DNA of 64,000 nucleotides from Octopus vulgaris (taxonomy: Eukaryota), in contig OX597817.1 of NCBI GenBank assembly GCA_951406725.2, positions 110,980,001 through 111,044,000 on the forward strand, written 5' to 3'. Under the pieces are notes generated by a model. That model worked only from the letters and a program-made list of their open reading frames with translations. It searched no databases and had not been told where the DNA came from. This document shows positions 13,519 to 26,401 of the stretch, in pieces. Within the stretch, counting starts at the first letter, position 1, and each line of letters begins with the position of its first letter. A program made the translations under genes and the position numbers.

Positions 13519-14635
13519 TGGAGATAAATTTCCTGTTGATGCCAAAATATCAGGGCTCCTTGGTTTGATTTCATTGAGGTACATGTGTGTTTGTACTCAT
13601 GTCCCTACATGCACATACATGTGCCTGCCTGTGTGTGTGTGTGTGCATGCACGCGCACACACATAACTTACATATAGGTGCTTGTGTACACACACAGGAG
13701 GAGAGATATATTGGAAAATGTTTATGCTTGCTATTTTTGCTTGATCATTCATTCCCTGGCAATTTTTATCTAAACACCTCAAGGAAAAGCTGCACATTTT
13801 CCCAAAAGACACCCTCTAGGTTAGTCATGCATATATGTCTATTAAGTTATAAGATGTACACATCTTCACATTTGTACATAGACTAACACACATACACACA
13901 ATATGTTTTAATTTAGATTGAATCTACTGATCTTCTCCCTTGCTATTTTTCCTTCTATTTTCTTTTCCTTTCTTTCCCTTTTACACTCTCTTTTTATGTT
14001 TGTTTTCACTCTCTTTTTCATATTATCCATCTTTGCCTTTCTCTCTCTTCATCACTCACACTCCTCTTCAGTTGAATCTTTTCTCTTACTAAAATATTTC
14101 CCTTCTTATATATATATCAATAATATGAAAATATACATTTGCTAAAGCCTACTACTCTCTTTAGAACTTCCATCAATTGCCATATTACATAAACACACCA
14201 TTGAGTTACTTTATAGTACTAGGTTTAGAATGCATTATATATTAAAACATTTCTCTATTTGCAATGATGAAAAAACTAGTTTGAATGCAGACACCTAACC
14301 TTGTCTTATTCTGGTTATATTCATTCTATCATAATCACACCCCTGTTGATAGGTTCAAGTATTTCCCTAGCCATCACTATCTATCTAATTTTGACAATGG
14401 ACCACCAAACATAATGTTTGCCATTGCTCTCACCTTCTGCTTCTGAAATAGATGACTCTCTCATACAGACACATACCACTGTGTGTTATGCTTTTATCTA
14501 CAAGGATTGAATTATAGTTGTTTTATAAAATATCCCATTGTTCTCACTATACGTTAGATAGAATTTATTCATTTCTTCTTATTTACCTTTTTTTTAATTT
14601 ATATTTTCTTTGAAAAATTTGAAGAATACGTGTTT

Positions 14636-14826
14636 ATTGGTCTCAAATTTTGGCGCAAGGCCAGCACTTTCAAGGGAGAGGGTAAGTTAATTATATTAAC
14701 CCCAATGTTCAGCTGGTACTTATTCTATAGAACCTAAGAGGATGAAAGGCAAAGTTGACCTTGACAGAATATGAATTCAGAACATAATGACAGTTAAAAC
14801 ATTTTGCTTGGTATGCAAACGATTCA
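14636..14826 (-). mobile_element. tRNA-derived SINE family F
   Basis: Minus strand gttctgaattca...ggtcaactttgcctttcatcctc...aagtaccagctg...ctggccttgcgccaaaatttgagacc. Confidence 0.85.
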
Positions 14827-15580
14827 CCTTAGAATACATATATTTTAAAAATCATTGAACATGAACTAAGTAATCCAAGCTTTAATTTATCTCCCTTGCT
14901 TGCTTGACTCAGCAGTGTGGGGTCCTGATAAAACCTTCTCGGACAAAATCCCCTAAGTTAAAGTGTGAAAGTGGACAAAACCCCCTCAGTTACATTTTTG
15001 GTGAAGGTGTACAATAAGCACCCACCTCCTTTTTGTTTTTGTTTTTTAATACAGTTTCCAATGTTTTTGGCAACAAAGATTCCATTTTTGTCAAAAAAAA
15101 TTGGCATTTTAAAATTTAAATTCCCCACCCCAGGTTTTGTTCTATACTCGAGTAGTCTTAAAGTAACCTCAACAGGAGCAATCCCTTCGCTATCAAAGTA
15201 GTATCTGTTGCTTCTATCTATGAGAAGTCTTTACTTTTTGATTTTGATTTTTTAACCATTCTTTAGTCTTGATAAAGTCAAGTTAAATATTCTTTTTTAA
15301 AGTAGATTAAAACTATTTATACATTCATTGTCATTTTAAACTGTTATCTTTTGCTTACCATATAATTAGCTCAACTTAGCTGTTTTTAGACCATCTGTAC
15401 ATTGCAGATAACATTTTTGCTGAAAAGGCCATTTCTGAGAGTCTGTTGCACAAGCATGAATTTCATATTTAATTTCTTTATGAAGTAAAAGACCTGTAAA
15501 CTGTGATAACTAATGTATTTTTTAGTCAATCTACATATCAAGTTTTCAAATTATGGCTTTGACCCCCCCCCCACTCTCTT

Positions 15581-15581
<1 letters not shown>

Positions 15582-15622
<41 letters not shown>
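15582..15622. repeat. (CA)n microsatellite
   Basis: Perfect CA run. Confidence 0.95.
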
Positions 15623-15627
<5 letters not shown>

Positions 15628-15641
15628 CAAATAGCATCTTA

Positions 15642-16032
15642 GGCTCAAGCATGGCTGTGTGGTAGGAAGTTTGCTTCTTAGCCACATGATTTTGGGGTTC
15701 AGTAGATGCCATCTTGGGACAATGTCATCTACTATAGCCCTGGGCTGACCAAAACATTGTGAGTGTATTTGGTAGATGAAAACTAAAAGAAGCCCATCAC
15801 ATATATTATGTAAAATATATGTTTATGTGTGTCTTTGCTTGTGTCTATCCCCACCACTGCTTAACAAGTGTCAGTTTATTTATGTTAATATAACTTAGCA
15901 GTTCAGTAAAAGAGAATGATAGGATAAATACCAGGCTTTAAAAATGTAAATACTAGGGTTGAATTGTTCAGTTACTTCAAGGCAGTGCCCCAGCATGGCT
16001 GCAGTTCAATGAATGAAACTAGAAGGATAAAA
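15642..16032 (+). mobile_element. SINE family A
   Basis: Full head, core and tail as at 6036. Confidence 0.88.
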
Positions 16033-16646
16033 ATCATAAACAAAAGAAAGACAAATTGCATTTTATGATAGGCATTTGCTAGATTTTCAAAGAACTATAA
16101 ATCATATTAACTCTACAATCTAGCATGCACAATATTTTTTACCAATTAAAATTTGTTGCTAAAATCTTTTAAATTGTACAAGTTTATATTTTCATTCATT
16201 CCCCTTCTAATCAACTGTATACATGCCACCATACCAAATGTGTGTGTGTGTACGTACATTAGTTTGAATTTTCTGGTGTGTTATAAGATGCACGATAGAT
16301 TCAATCCAGATATTGAATTGTATTTCAATTTGCCACTAAAGCTTTATAATATATATATATACTTAAAAAACCAACTCTATAACTACACACACACACACTA
16401 ACATTATTGGCAATGTCTCCCCTCTTTCTGTCCCCCTTCCCAGTGTGCACATCAAAGGCAATTAGCTATTATAATGCTTGCATTATTTCTGTATTCCAAT
16501 AAAACACTGACAGATCATTTAGCTGAACACTGAGCAGAAATGTACATTAAAAGTTTGACTCTGTGTGTGTATGTATATTTCTATGTATGTATGTATGTAT
16601 GTATGTATGTGTGTATATATGTTTTCCTTCTCTGTTAGGATAGGAA

Positions 16647-16783
16647 CTTCTGCCTACCAAATTCAATCACAAAGCCTCGGTCGGCCCAGAGCTATAGCAG
16701 AAGATACTTGTCCAAGGTGCCATGCAGTGGGACTGAACCCGAAACTATGTGGTTTAGAAGCAAGGTTCCCAACCAAGCAGCCA
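16647..16783 (-). mobile_element. SINE family A, 5' half
   Basis: Reverse complement of head and core (caaggtgccatgcagtgggactgaaccc). Confidence 0.85.
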
Positions 16784-16889
16784 AGAGAAATATAGATATG
16801 TGAAATACCATACAACATAAATTTTTGATTAATTAAAATCATCTCTGCTGTTAGAGAATGTATCATAATTACCAAATAGCAATTAAAGC

Positions 16890-17297
16890 CATCTCCAGCT
16901 GAGGAGGGGAGATGATTATTAACCATTGTGCCAACAACCACCTTGAGCACCTTTCCGAGCTCCATGTGTCTAACATGCATGGGCTTACCTACAAAGTCAG
17001 AAAACAGCACAGCTCCCATGACTCTCAGAAACATTTCTCACACTTACTGTTGCTGAAGCATGGAACACAAATTACCTGCATCAGTTGTTTGTTGCCGAGA
17101 CATTGCATCCTTTAAAACCTCCATGCTTCTTCAAATTTGCCAACACTACACCTGATATTACTCGCTCCATTACCATTCACATATGTATATTATGACTTTC
17201 CTGACTTTTGTACATAATTCTATGTACTGTACATGCACCTTTGATGAGTTGTAGTACACCTGTAGTACACAGTAATTTCATTGTTATTATTATTATA
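16890..17297 (+). mobile_element. possible internally deleted LINE remnant with (ATT)n tail
   Basis: Higher GC. Translates LHVSNMHGLTYK, resembling the N-terminal NxxGL motif of APE endonucleases. Ends aatttcattgttattattattat. Confidence 0.4.
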
Positions 17298-18014
17298 ATC
17301 TCAGGAATTCTCCAAATTTGAGATGCCATTAAGGAAAAGAATAAGCTTATTGTTTGGAGATATTAGGACTGTCATTGATATGTATTTCTATCTCAAAAGC
17401 TGTGATCAGCATGACAACTTGTTCATCCATATCTCCAGTAACCAAGGGACATAAGCTTATATATATAAAAAAAAACAGCAGAACACATTTATGTCCTAGG
17501 TAACTTTTGTTATATATTGTGTGTTTTTGTATTACTTATTAAATGATAAAGAGGAATATGTATTTTATTAATTTAATGCTTTTAGATATAGTTTGTTATA
17601 AGTAATTAAAAAATATGAAACTATCCATTTATTACCCTCAGGTTTTCCACCATTTACTCTAGCATATAAACCAACTTATTTTATTGGTTGCATAATCATG
17701 GTGATGAGGACAGCATTTTTTAAAACAATTATCTCATGAGAGATACTTAGAGATACTTAGTACAAGACATAGTACAAAAATGTAGGTAGTTAGGTCCCTG
17801 AATTATTGTGAATGAAAGGATGCAGTTTTCTTTGGAAATGGTGCTAAGCTTTCTTTACATCATGTGAAATGGATAAATTTCCCCCTGGGTAATTTGCCAG
17901 TCTATCTCAAAGAACACTTACCAATAATCTGGTGCATAATCTTGACAGCTTGATGAATTGAAGTTATTTGGAATAAAGTGTTCTATTTGGAAGTGAACTA
18001 AAAGACCAACATGG

Positions 18015-18233
18015 GTAACCAATGAAGGTAACCTCTGTATGATCACCAAGCCTACTAGAAACAACAGTCAAATCTCTTTCAGCTCACATCCTATCATGTT
18101 TAATAACGAAAGGACACATTAGATAATATAATCCTACATTTTTCTAATAGAAGGATGGTCACGGCTGGAATGCCTTTTGTAATAGGTTTGCTCAATATCT
18201 AGATTGACATACTTCTGTATCACAACAACAACA
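18015..18233 (+). mobile_element. family E copy
   Basis: accaatgaagg...ctactagaaacaacagtcaaatctc...aggacacattagataat...ggatggtcacggctggaatgcc...caacaacaac. Confidence 0.75.
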
Positions 18234-21200
18234 GTGCTAGTGAGTTTGAACTCTTGACTCATAAGCAGCTAGTTCAGTCTTTTATCCAGTTTAACCATCT
18301 TACTTCTAAAATGTTGAAATACAAGGCAGGTTGATAAATAAACTCTGGCTTTGAAGTAAACATTCAACTTTTCTATTTATAGTTGTAACCACATGGAACA
18401 CATAACTGGAATATGTAGCATTATATTTACAAACCTTTTCTGTTCAATAGCTGAAACCGGACAAGGAACAAAGGAAATTAATGATGCAGTTTATTATTTT
18501 GTTTTGTGTCTTTCATCCAAATTAGCTTCGTAAATAACCAGAAGCAACCAAAGGGTTTTATATTTTTATGGTCTTCTTTTAAACCTAAAGTATAAAATGC
18601 TATGCATGCCTATGTGTAGTAGTAAACACATGTACACATACTACTTTGCTAGAAACCAATGTCTGACACTATCACCCATGATAAAAATGTTAATTTGTGT
18701 GTATTTTTATTATTCTATAACACACTAGTCTCTCCCCACCTCCCGTGCAGAATTTAATTTTGGTTAACAGTACTTCAAAGTTGACTATCACAAATGAGAA
18801 AATTTATTCACACAGTTATCAATGAAAATATTTCAAGATTAAACAAAATTAATCAATTTAAACTAGATGAAAGAAACTAATTTGTTTGACCAAAGTTAGT
18901 TTAGAAAACAGTTAATAAAATTTTACTTAATGGCTTGAAACAAGAAGAAAATGTCTCTTTGGCCTCCAGTTGTTTTCAAATTGTATTTCTGATCAATTTT
19001 GTGAGGATTTTTAAAAAAATTCTCGTTTTGAACAGCTTCCACTGCATCTTCATGAAAATCAATAGAGATTGTGTTTCATAGTCTGTAAATGTATACAGCT
19101 CAGTTTTTAGGAAGCTTCCTTGATAGCTCAATTGGAAACACTTATGCGCATAACAGAAGAAAATGTCTTTCATTGCTGCAAGAGATTGCCATAAATAACA
19201 GTTTATTTTTTTACAAACTTATTTAATAATGTAATAGGTAAGAAAAACGGATATAGCTTAGTGGAATTTACTTTATAGTTTTTGTTGATTGACAGTAACC
19301 TGGGTCTAAGAATTTCCTTGGAAAGTCATGTTTTCCTTTGTTAGAGTTGTAAGCCCTGCTGTTTCTATCTATTTCTAACACAAATGGAGATCATTTATTG
19401 GTGGCTGTATAAAAATATCAGCTTCAACATAATCACACTCAAAACTGTTAAGAACTGTTTATATTTGTGATGAAAGTATTAGAAAACAAGAAATATTAAT
19501 GCTACATCTTCAATGAATCATTTTAGAGCATCTATCAGTACAAAATCTACCCAAATTTCATCTCATGAATGTGGTATCTTGTTTTTGTATTATAATTGTG
19601 AGCTTCAGCATTATCAATGTTTAGGAAATTAAACAATATTTTCTACAAAAGTGACACACTGAATTAATTTTACCTACTTCATATAGATGAATAAATTTAT
19701 TCACTACAAACGAAGGTGATTATAATGATATTGAAGGGGAAGTAAAAAAAAAGGGGGTATAATTTAAGACATGAAAAGGAAGGAATTTTTCAGTTACATT
19801 GATTTTATTGAATGGTCTCTCTATCTTTCCCTTTCTTGAAATGCATGCATATATTTGAGGAAATTCTTTGTTCAGTGGCAATGTGTTTTAAAATGTTCTG
19901 TAAATCTATGCTGTTTTAATATGCTATCAGTGCCTGTTTCTATTAAACTACTCTTTAATGTAGTCGTTTATACAATTACAAAATACTTTTTCTACTTTCA
20001 CTTCAGTTTAAAAATCACAAAGTATGCTATGGAAATAAAATATAAATATATAAATGTTATCTCATGAATAATTCAGTGTGCCATATAGAAAGCTGACAAG
20101 CTATATTTGGTCTATAATAAGCGTCTTCTACTGTTAGAAGAATGTAAAATTTCATTTTATCTAAGGTCAATTAGTATTCTGTAAAAGCTTTACCTCACAA
20201 TGCTATCATTTAAATGTAACCAGTGGGAATCAAACTCAAAGTATCTATTTGGTTTTTTCTCTTGGAAAATAGTATATTAGGCTCTATAGAATTGGGAAGA
20301 GTGAGGTGGGAAGTGTGTGTATGTGTGTGAGACAGAGAGAAAATGAAAAAGAGGAGGACAATATGAGAACCATCAGCTGTCATAACAGTTTGTATTTTAT
20401 AAGTAAATCAGTAGTATTTATTGCATTTCTTCATAAAATCTGCAATACTGATTTTTCCCTCACTGGGCACAAATCCAACTGCTTGTCAGGGGAAGGGATA
20501 TAATTGGCTGAATTAACTAAATTTCCCAAGCTCTAAGATATTAAGGTCAAGTAAATAAAAATATATAGCAGGTATTTCAATGAACATGCAGAAATTAAAA
20601 ACATCAAAATGTTAAAACATATTGATTTAATGTCTACATAGTCAAGATGAACTGTTATTTATTGCTTCTTTTTGTTTTCTTTTTGTCCAACCTGATCTTT
20701 AGAGATGAAAAACATTTTATTTACATCTGTTGAGTTAGGAAAGACATCCAGCCATAGAAACAATGTTAATAAATGTAACACAAGAGTGGATTTTGCAAGC
20801 CCACCACAAGCTACCCATCATGGGAAAAAGATATTCTGAATAAAAACTGATATGGATAGAAGGGATTCTTTCATACTCCCTAATGAAAAAATTTCTTTAT
20901 TGTTGGTGGTATCAAAAAACATATGCAGTACACTCAACAAAGTGGTTAGAGAAAGGAAGGGACATCTTGAAGTAGAAGCCATACCAAAAAAAAAAAGGAA
21001 AATATTGAGACATTGATACTGAAAACTGCATTCAACTAGTCTGAGGGGCAGTAATTTAATAAAAACTGATGTAAGATAGAGGTGACTCTTACTGTTCTCC
21101 TGCATAGAACACCTTCTCTACTGCCAGTGACATAATAAAATATACCTAATCCATGCTATAAACACGAGATGATAAGGACCATGATGTCACCGGCACTATG

Positions 21201-21436
21201 TATGAACTAATGAAGGAGCTTTTACATGGTGGGTCAAGCTGCTTGAAATAGAAGTCAAATATTGTGCTTTCTGTAGAAGGGAGGACACATTAGATAACAG
21301 CACCTTACGACCTCTGAAAGGACGACATATTGGATAACATAATACTATTTGACACTGTTACTGAATAAAAGACAATATTCACAGCCAGAATGTCTTTAAT
21401 CATGATTTGCTCAGTCATAGCTACCCATGGACTAAA

Positions 21437-21650
21437 TATTGGTTTCACATTTTAGCACAAGGCCAGCTATTTCAGGGAAACAGGTAAGTTGATTACATCA
21501 ACTCCAGTGTCCTACTGGTATTTATTTTATCAACCCTGAAAGGAATGAAATGCAATGTCAACCTCGGTGGAATTTGAACTCAGAAAGTATAGAGATGGAT
21601 GAAATGGCACTAAGTATTCTGCCTGGTGCACTAACAATTGCTACCTTACT
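21437..21650 (-). mobile_element. SINE family F
   Basis: Reverse complement of family F (caacctcggtggaatttgaactcagaa). Confidence 0.85.
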
Positions 21651-23494
21651 CTTGGACTAAATATTCAGAACCTGTCAGTGTAGTCCTATAATTTGTTGCA
21701 TTCTATAAATAATGTCTGTAAATTTTTCTTCAGATATTCTTTGTTGATCCCCAACATTTTTTTATTTTAAATTTTATGCTGGGGTATGATAACATTGTCA
21801 GAATTGTTAACTAACTCAACAAACAGTCTAGGTTAATAGTAACTTCAGAAACAAACACTGTCTTTATATGGTTATTCAACCTTCTAGATATAGTTGCCAA
21901 ATATCCTTCAAATTGTAGCCTAATGTTTGAAGTAAAAGAAAAAAAGCATTAGGTAATGTAATCTTACATGCCGCTAAAATGATAAGAACATGGCTGGAAT
22001 ACTTGTTTGATGAGGGTTAACTTGGCTGGGCTAAGCTACAACAATGAAAACTCTTGATGGTGGTACAACAGCATGACCACAACCCTGTGGCAGGAATGAA
22101 AATTTATAACACACCATAGTAATCTTCTGTAATAAATATTCTAGCCCCTAAGCCTTCTATCATTTACTCTTTTTTTGTAACTTAGTATAAAATCATAAAC
22201 ACATGCAAAGAGACTTGTTCTTACAGTACTTGGCAATGATAGACATTTTCTGACCATTAAAACAGCCATAATATTAATAGAAAGCAGAAAGCTGTGTTAT
22301 AAAAGAAATCTACTGTAAATTCTTTAGTAAAGACTGGTGAATCAATTTCCTTCAGGTATATACAATCTGGTCTTGAATATTAATTTGCTCTTTCTCTCTC
22401 TTTCTCTCTCTCTCTGTCTTTCTCTCTGCACATGTGCGTGTACATATGTACACATGCATATACATATTTATACACAGGCATATATGTACATATTTATATA
22501 TATATAATGCTCTCACTCCCTCTCTTTCTCTCTCTCATAATCATGCACACATACACACACTTATACACATACATAAATACATGCACACTTATATTTGCTT
22601 TCTCTCTTACACATACACATAAAAACACATACACATACTAATACGTTTATATATGCGCATGTGTGTTTGGATATTCAAATTAGAGTGATTGAATGAAGTT
22701 ATATACACACCACAAAATAAACAAAATCTACTTCCCATGTATATTTGTTAGCCAGTTGAAAATCAATAGATGACTAGATATAGGTGTTTCATATCTAATT
22801 TGGTACTTGAGCTAATACATGATAATAATTTTTTATTCTTATTGGTTATCAGTTATACCATGAGTAAGTTGTTAAATTTGATTACAGAATGAAGTGACAC
22901 CAACATAAACATTTCTGGTTAGAAGAGCTAAAACCAATGCCACAAGCATGTCATCATTCTTATATATGCATATGGTACACTCACAAAGCACATATATACA
23001 AACATCCCCTGTGTTATGTCTACCTCAGGCTAGGGGATTTCATGCTTACAGGAATTATGAACTATGACCATTAATTTTGGTATACAGCTTGTAATTTGGT
23101 GTTGCTTGTTCTCTTGTTTCCTTTGCTCTCCGTTTTTCTTTTCTTTTTTTTTGATAATGTCTGTAGGAACACAATCTTATTTGATAATATGAAGATCAAT
23201 AGGAAAATTAATTTCACATTACTGATTTTCATGTTGCAACCAAATTTTCAGGAATGCATTACTTCTGTAAAGTAAGCGATTCCTGTACATACACACCGAC
23301 CAACCAACCAATCAACCAACCACTTACCCAGCCAACTAATAACTTAATTTTGAAATTTTCTTTCAATGAGTTATTTTGAATAAGCTTTTGTGAAAAGACC
23401 CCCTTGTGTCTTTATTCTCTAACTTTACATATAATCACCCTTTATCCAGATATTTTAATATATAAAAGTGAATATAGACACAGATATAGATGTA

Positions 23495-23887
23495 TGACTA
23501 AGAGGTTTGCTTCTGAACCAGGTGTTTTTGGGTTCAATCCTACTGTATGCTGCCTTGGCATGTGGTTTATACTATAACTCTGAGCTGATCAATGCTTTAT
23601 GGATTTTATTGATGGAAACTGAAAGAAGCCTGTCATGTGTGTGTGCATGCGCATGTGTCTATATGTATATATTTTTGTATGTCTGTGTATATGTTTGTGC
23701 TGATGCATCTTGAATCATTAAGTCCCAAAGTTCTGTGAAATCATGTCCAATCATAGGGAAATATTAACTTGCTTAGAAAAAAGTAAGGATTAGCTACAGG
23801 AATGGCATCTAGCTATAGAAAATCTGCCTCAATGAACTCTATCTTACCCATACAGGCATGGAAACAAGGCATGAAAACGATGATGAA
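23495..23887 (+). mobile_element. SINE family A2 (A head and core with RTE-type tail)
   Basis: Family A head, core and (TG)n, then aggaatggcatctagctatagaaaatctgcc...cccatacaggcatggaaa...aaacgatgatga. Confidence 0.8.
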
Positions 23888-24359
23888 TGTGTGTGTGTGT
23901 TTGTGTGTGTGTTTCAATTTGTAAGTCGCAGGTTTGCACTTAGGTAGCTGAAATATTGCATAGGAACATATCTATTTGTGGAGAAATGCAGAGGCCATGT
24001 AACATTTTCCAGTACTTCCTAAAAAATGGAATCTCTTGTATGCAACAATTTCGAGTGAATTAACATTCCCAGACCAACTAAATTGTCAGTATCTTTTAAA
24101 ACTAATTGATCTAAAATATAGTGAATTAATGTGATAATATGAGATATTTATAAACTTAGATAAGGTCATAGGTGTAGCATTCAATAATCTTTGCTATTAC
24201 ACATACATGTGATATGCAAAAACTCTCTTCTATCCTCCCCAAATTCTGTTTACATACTTCTCAATATGATTAATTCACAAGCTCAAATGATACTATATCT
24301 TCAGAAAAGGACACATTAGATATCTACTTGATCTGCTAGAAATAACTGCCAATTCTGCC

Positions 24360-24587
24360 TTAACCCTTTAGCACTCAGATTACACTGTCTAATGTAATGC
24401 TTATTCATCCACTTTGTTTTAAATTAATCATGCTTTATCTTGTAGCTTTGAGATTTTAGTCGTGTGATTGCATATTTTTATAATGATGTAATAGAGTTGA
24501 AATAAAGGACAGGCCAAAGCTGGTTTGAACATAAAACTAATAGAATATTTAGGCTAGATTTGTCCAGTTTAAATGCTAGAAGGTTAA
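24360..24587 (+). mobile_element. piggyBac-like MITE family D nested in a family E copy
   Basis: TTAA-CCCTTTAGCA...TGCTAGAAGG-TTAA. Family E sequence continues on both sides (~24320-24730). Confidence 0.85.
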
Positions 24588-25326
24588 ACTGTTCTGCTAT
24601 ATTAAAGAAGGATGAACAGATTGGACAAGATACTTCCAAATACACTTTCAATGAAAACAAATGAACTGGTCATGGCTTGAATGTTTTTGATCACCTCTCT
24701 GCTGGATTAGGGACGAACTGGTATTGAACAATATAACTAGTAATTTATTTTTGAAATATTCTAAGGTCTGTCTGTAATTGTTCTACTTTATTATTTATTA
24801 TGCTTTTAGTATTTCCATTCACCTTTGGAGTGCTCCAGTATGACTTTAGCTTTGATAGCTAAAACAAGATTATGAAAGAAAGAATTATGCATAAGCATCC
24901 CAGACTCTTGGCTTTTTACTGTAGATGCAATGTATATATTTATTGATTATTCCATCTCTTCTTTCAAATGTCACATAATTGCCAGCCATGCTGATGTTAT
25001 ATTTCAACTCAACTTATTTATATAAATTAGTTGGTTGAGAAAGTTGGCACCTTTCACTTTCAATGTCTTTTCCATATTTTGGTAGAAGTAGCTTTTTTTT
25101 GTTTTTTACTTTATGAAGTCTGACTGTAATTAATGGGAATTTGTAGGGAACTTAGATGTAGTATTAACACATTACTAACACTTTAATACAACTGAATCCA
25201 AAGACACAGTCTTCAATGATGTGAAAGTGATAGTAAATAATGAATTATCCATATAAGCTTCATAAATGAAATTTTTCAAGATATTGAAGCAAAAGGCTAT
25301 ATATATTAGTGGTTTGATTTTATCAT

Positions 25327-25584
25327 TTAACCCTTTTAGCTTTCATTTTCCAGCATGGAAAACAGACGTTAAACGATGATGATTCTGTCAAATGTAATGC
25401 TTCTTTATTCACATTGTTTTGAATTAATCACGCATTATCTTCATAGCTTCAAGATGTTGATAATATTATTATTTTTAGAATGCCAATGTAGGGTAGGTGT
25501 GAGAGTCTGGATCTGGTCAGTTTGAATATAAAACTAGTAAAATATTTGGGCCAGTTATGGTTGGTTTAAATGCTAAAGGATTAA
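25327..25584 (+). mobile_element. piggyBac-like MITE family D carrying a ~35-bp RTE tail insertion
   Basis: TTAA at both ends. ccagcatggaaaacagacgttaaacgatgat inserted at ~25346-25380. Confidence 0.85.
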
Positions 25585-26401
25585 ATATAATTTTTTACTA
25601 AAGAAAAAAAATCTTCCTTCTTCTTGGCCAAAATCTAAGCAGAGTGAAGATTAAAGACCATTACTCACCAAACAACTGACCAGTAAAATAAATTATAAAA
25701 TTACCTTTCAGTGAGGTAACGTATCATTTGAATAAGCCGTGTTTCTCAAGTCAAAATTGAAGACCAACATACATCAACCATTGTTTTTATAAACTGCATA
25801 GGTTTGAACTCAGAATATATAAAGTGTGATTTGAGTGAAATTTCACTGCTATTTCTTGGAATTTGAGTGACTACATCATTGTCTCATCTGAAGTTAATTT
25901 ATAATCGCTGGTAGCTTATTGATGGCTACCAATCATTAAGACTTGTCTACCAATTAACTCAATTTGCCAGACATGTAATAAATGAAATATTGATGGTTTA
26001 ATTGATTGATTTGATTGCTAAATATAAAAACTTAATAAAATACCTTACTAATTATTTATAACTATGAAACACCTTTATCTTTTCATCACAAAAAACCTCT
26101 TGGAGTGGATAGAGAGAGTAATTTGCTATGGTTGGAATTGAAAGCTTCAGAAGTGAATTGCCACATAATTTTGTGAATTCATTAGAATTTCATAAGCTGT
26201 CTCTTTTTCACATTCTTCTTAGTGCCAGCAATTCACACTAGCCTTACTACAGAGTGTTTGGGCTAGATTCAACAGTTTGCATAATAGGAAAAGAAAATAT
26301 ATTTCATCCAAAAATAAAAGTATTTTAAAAAGTCAAAATATATCAACTAGGTAATGGTTAGGAGATAGCAATTTACTCAAAGCAACTGCCTTCAGCTTCT
26401 A

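Noticed and set aside
14941-14985. Repeated ggacaaaa(t/c)ccc motif suggesting DNA-transposon subterminal repeats
   Set aside because: Only two copies and no matching opposite end found.
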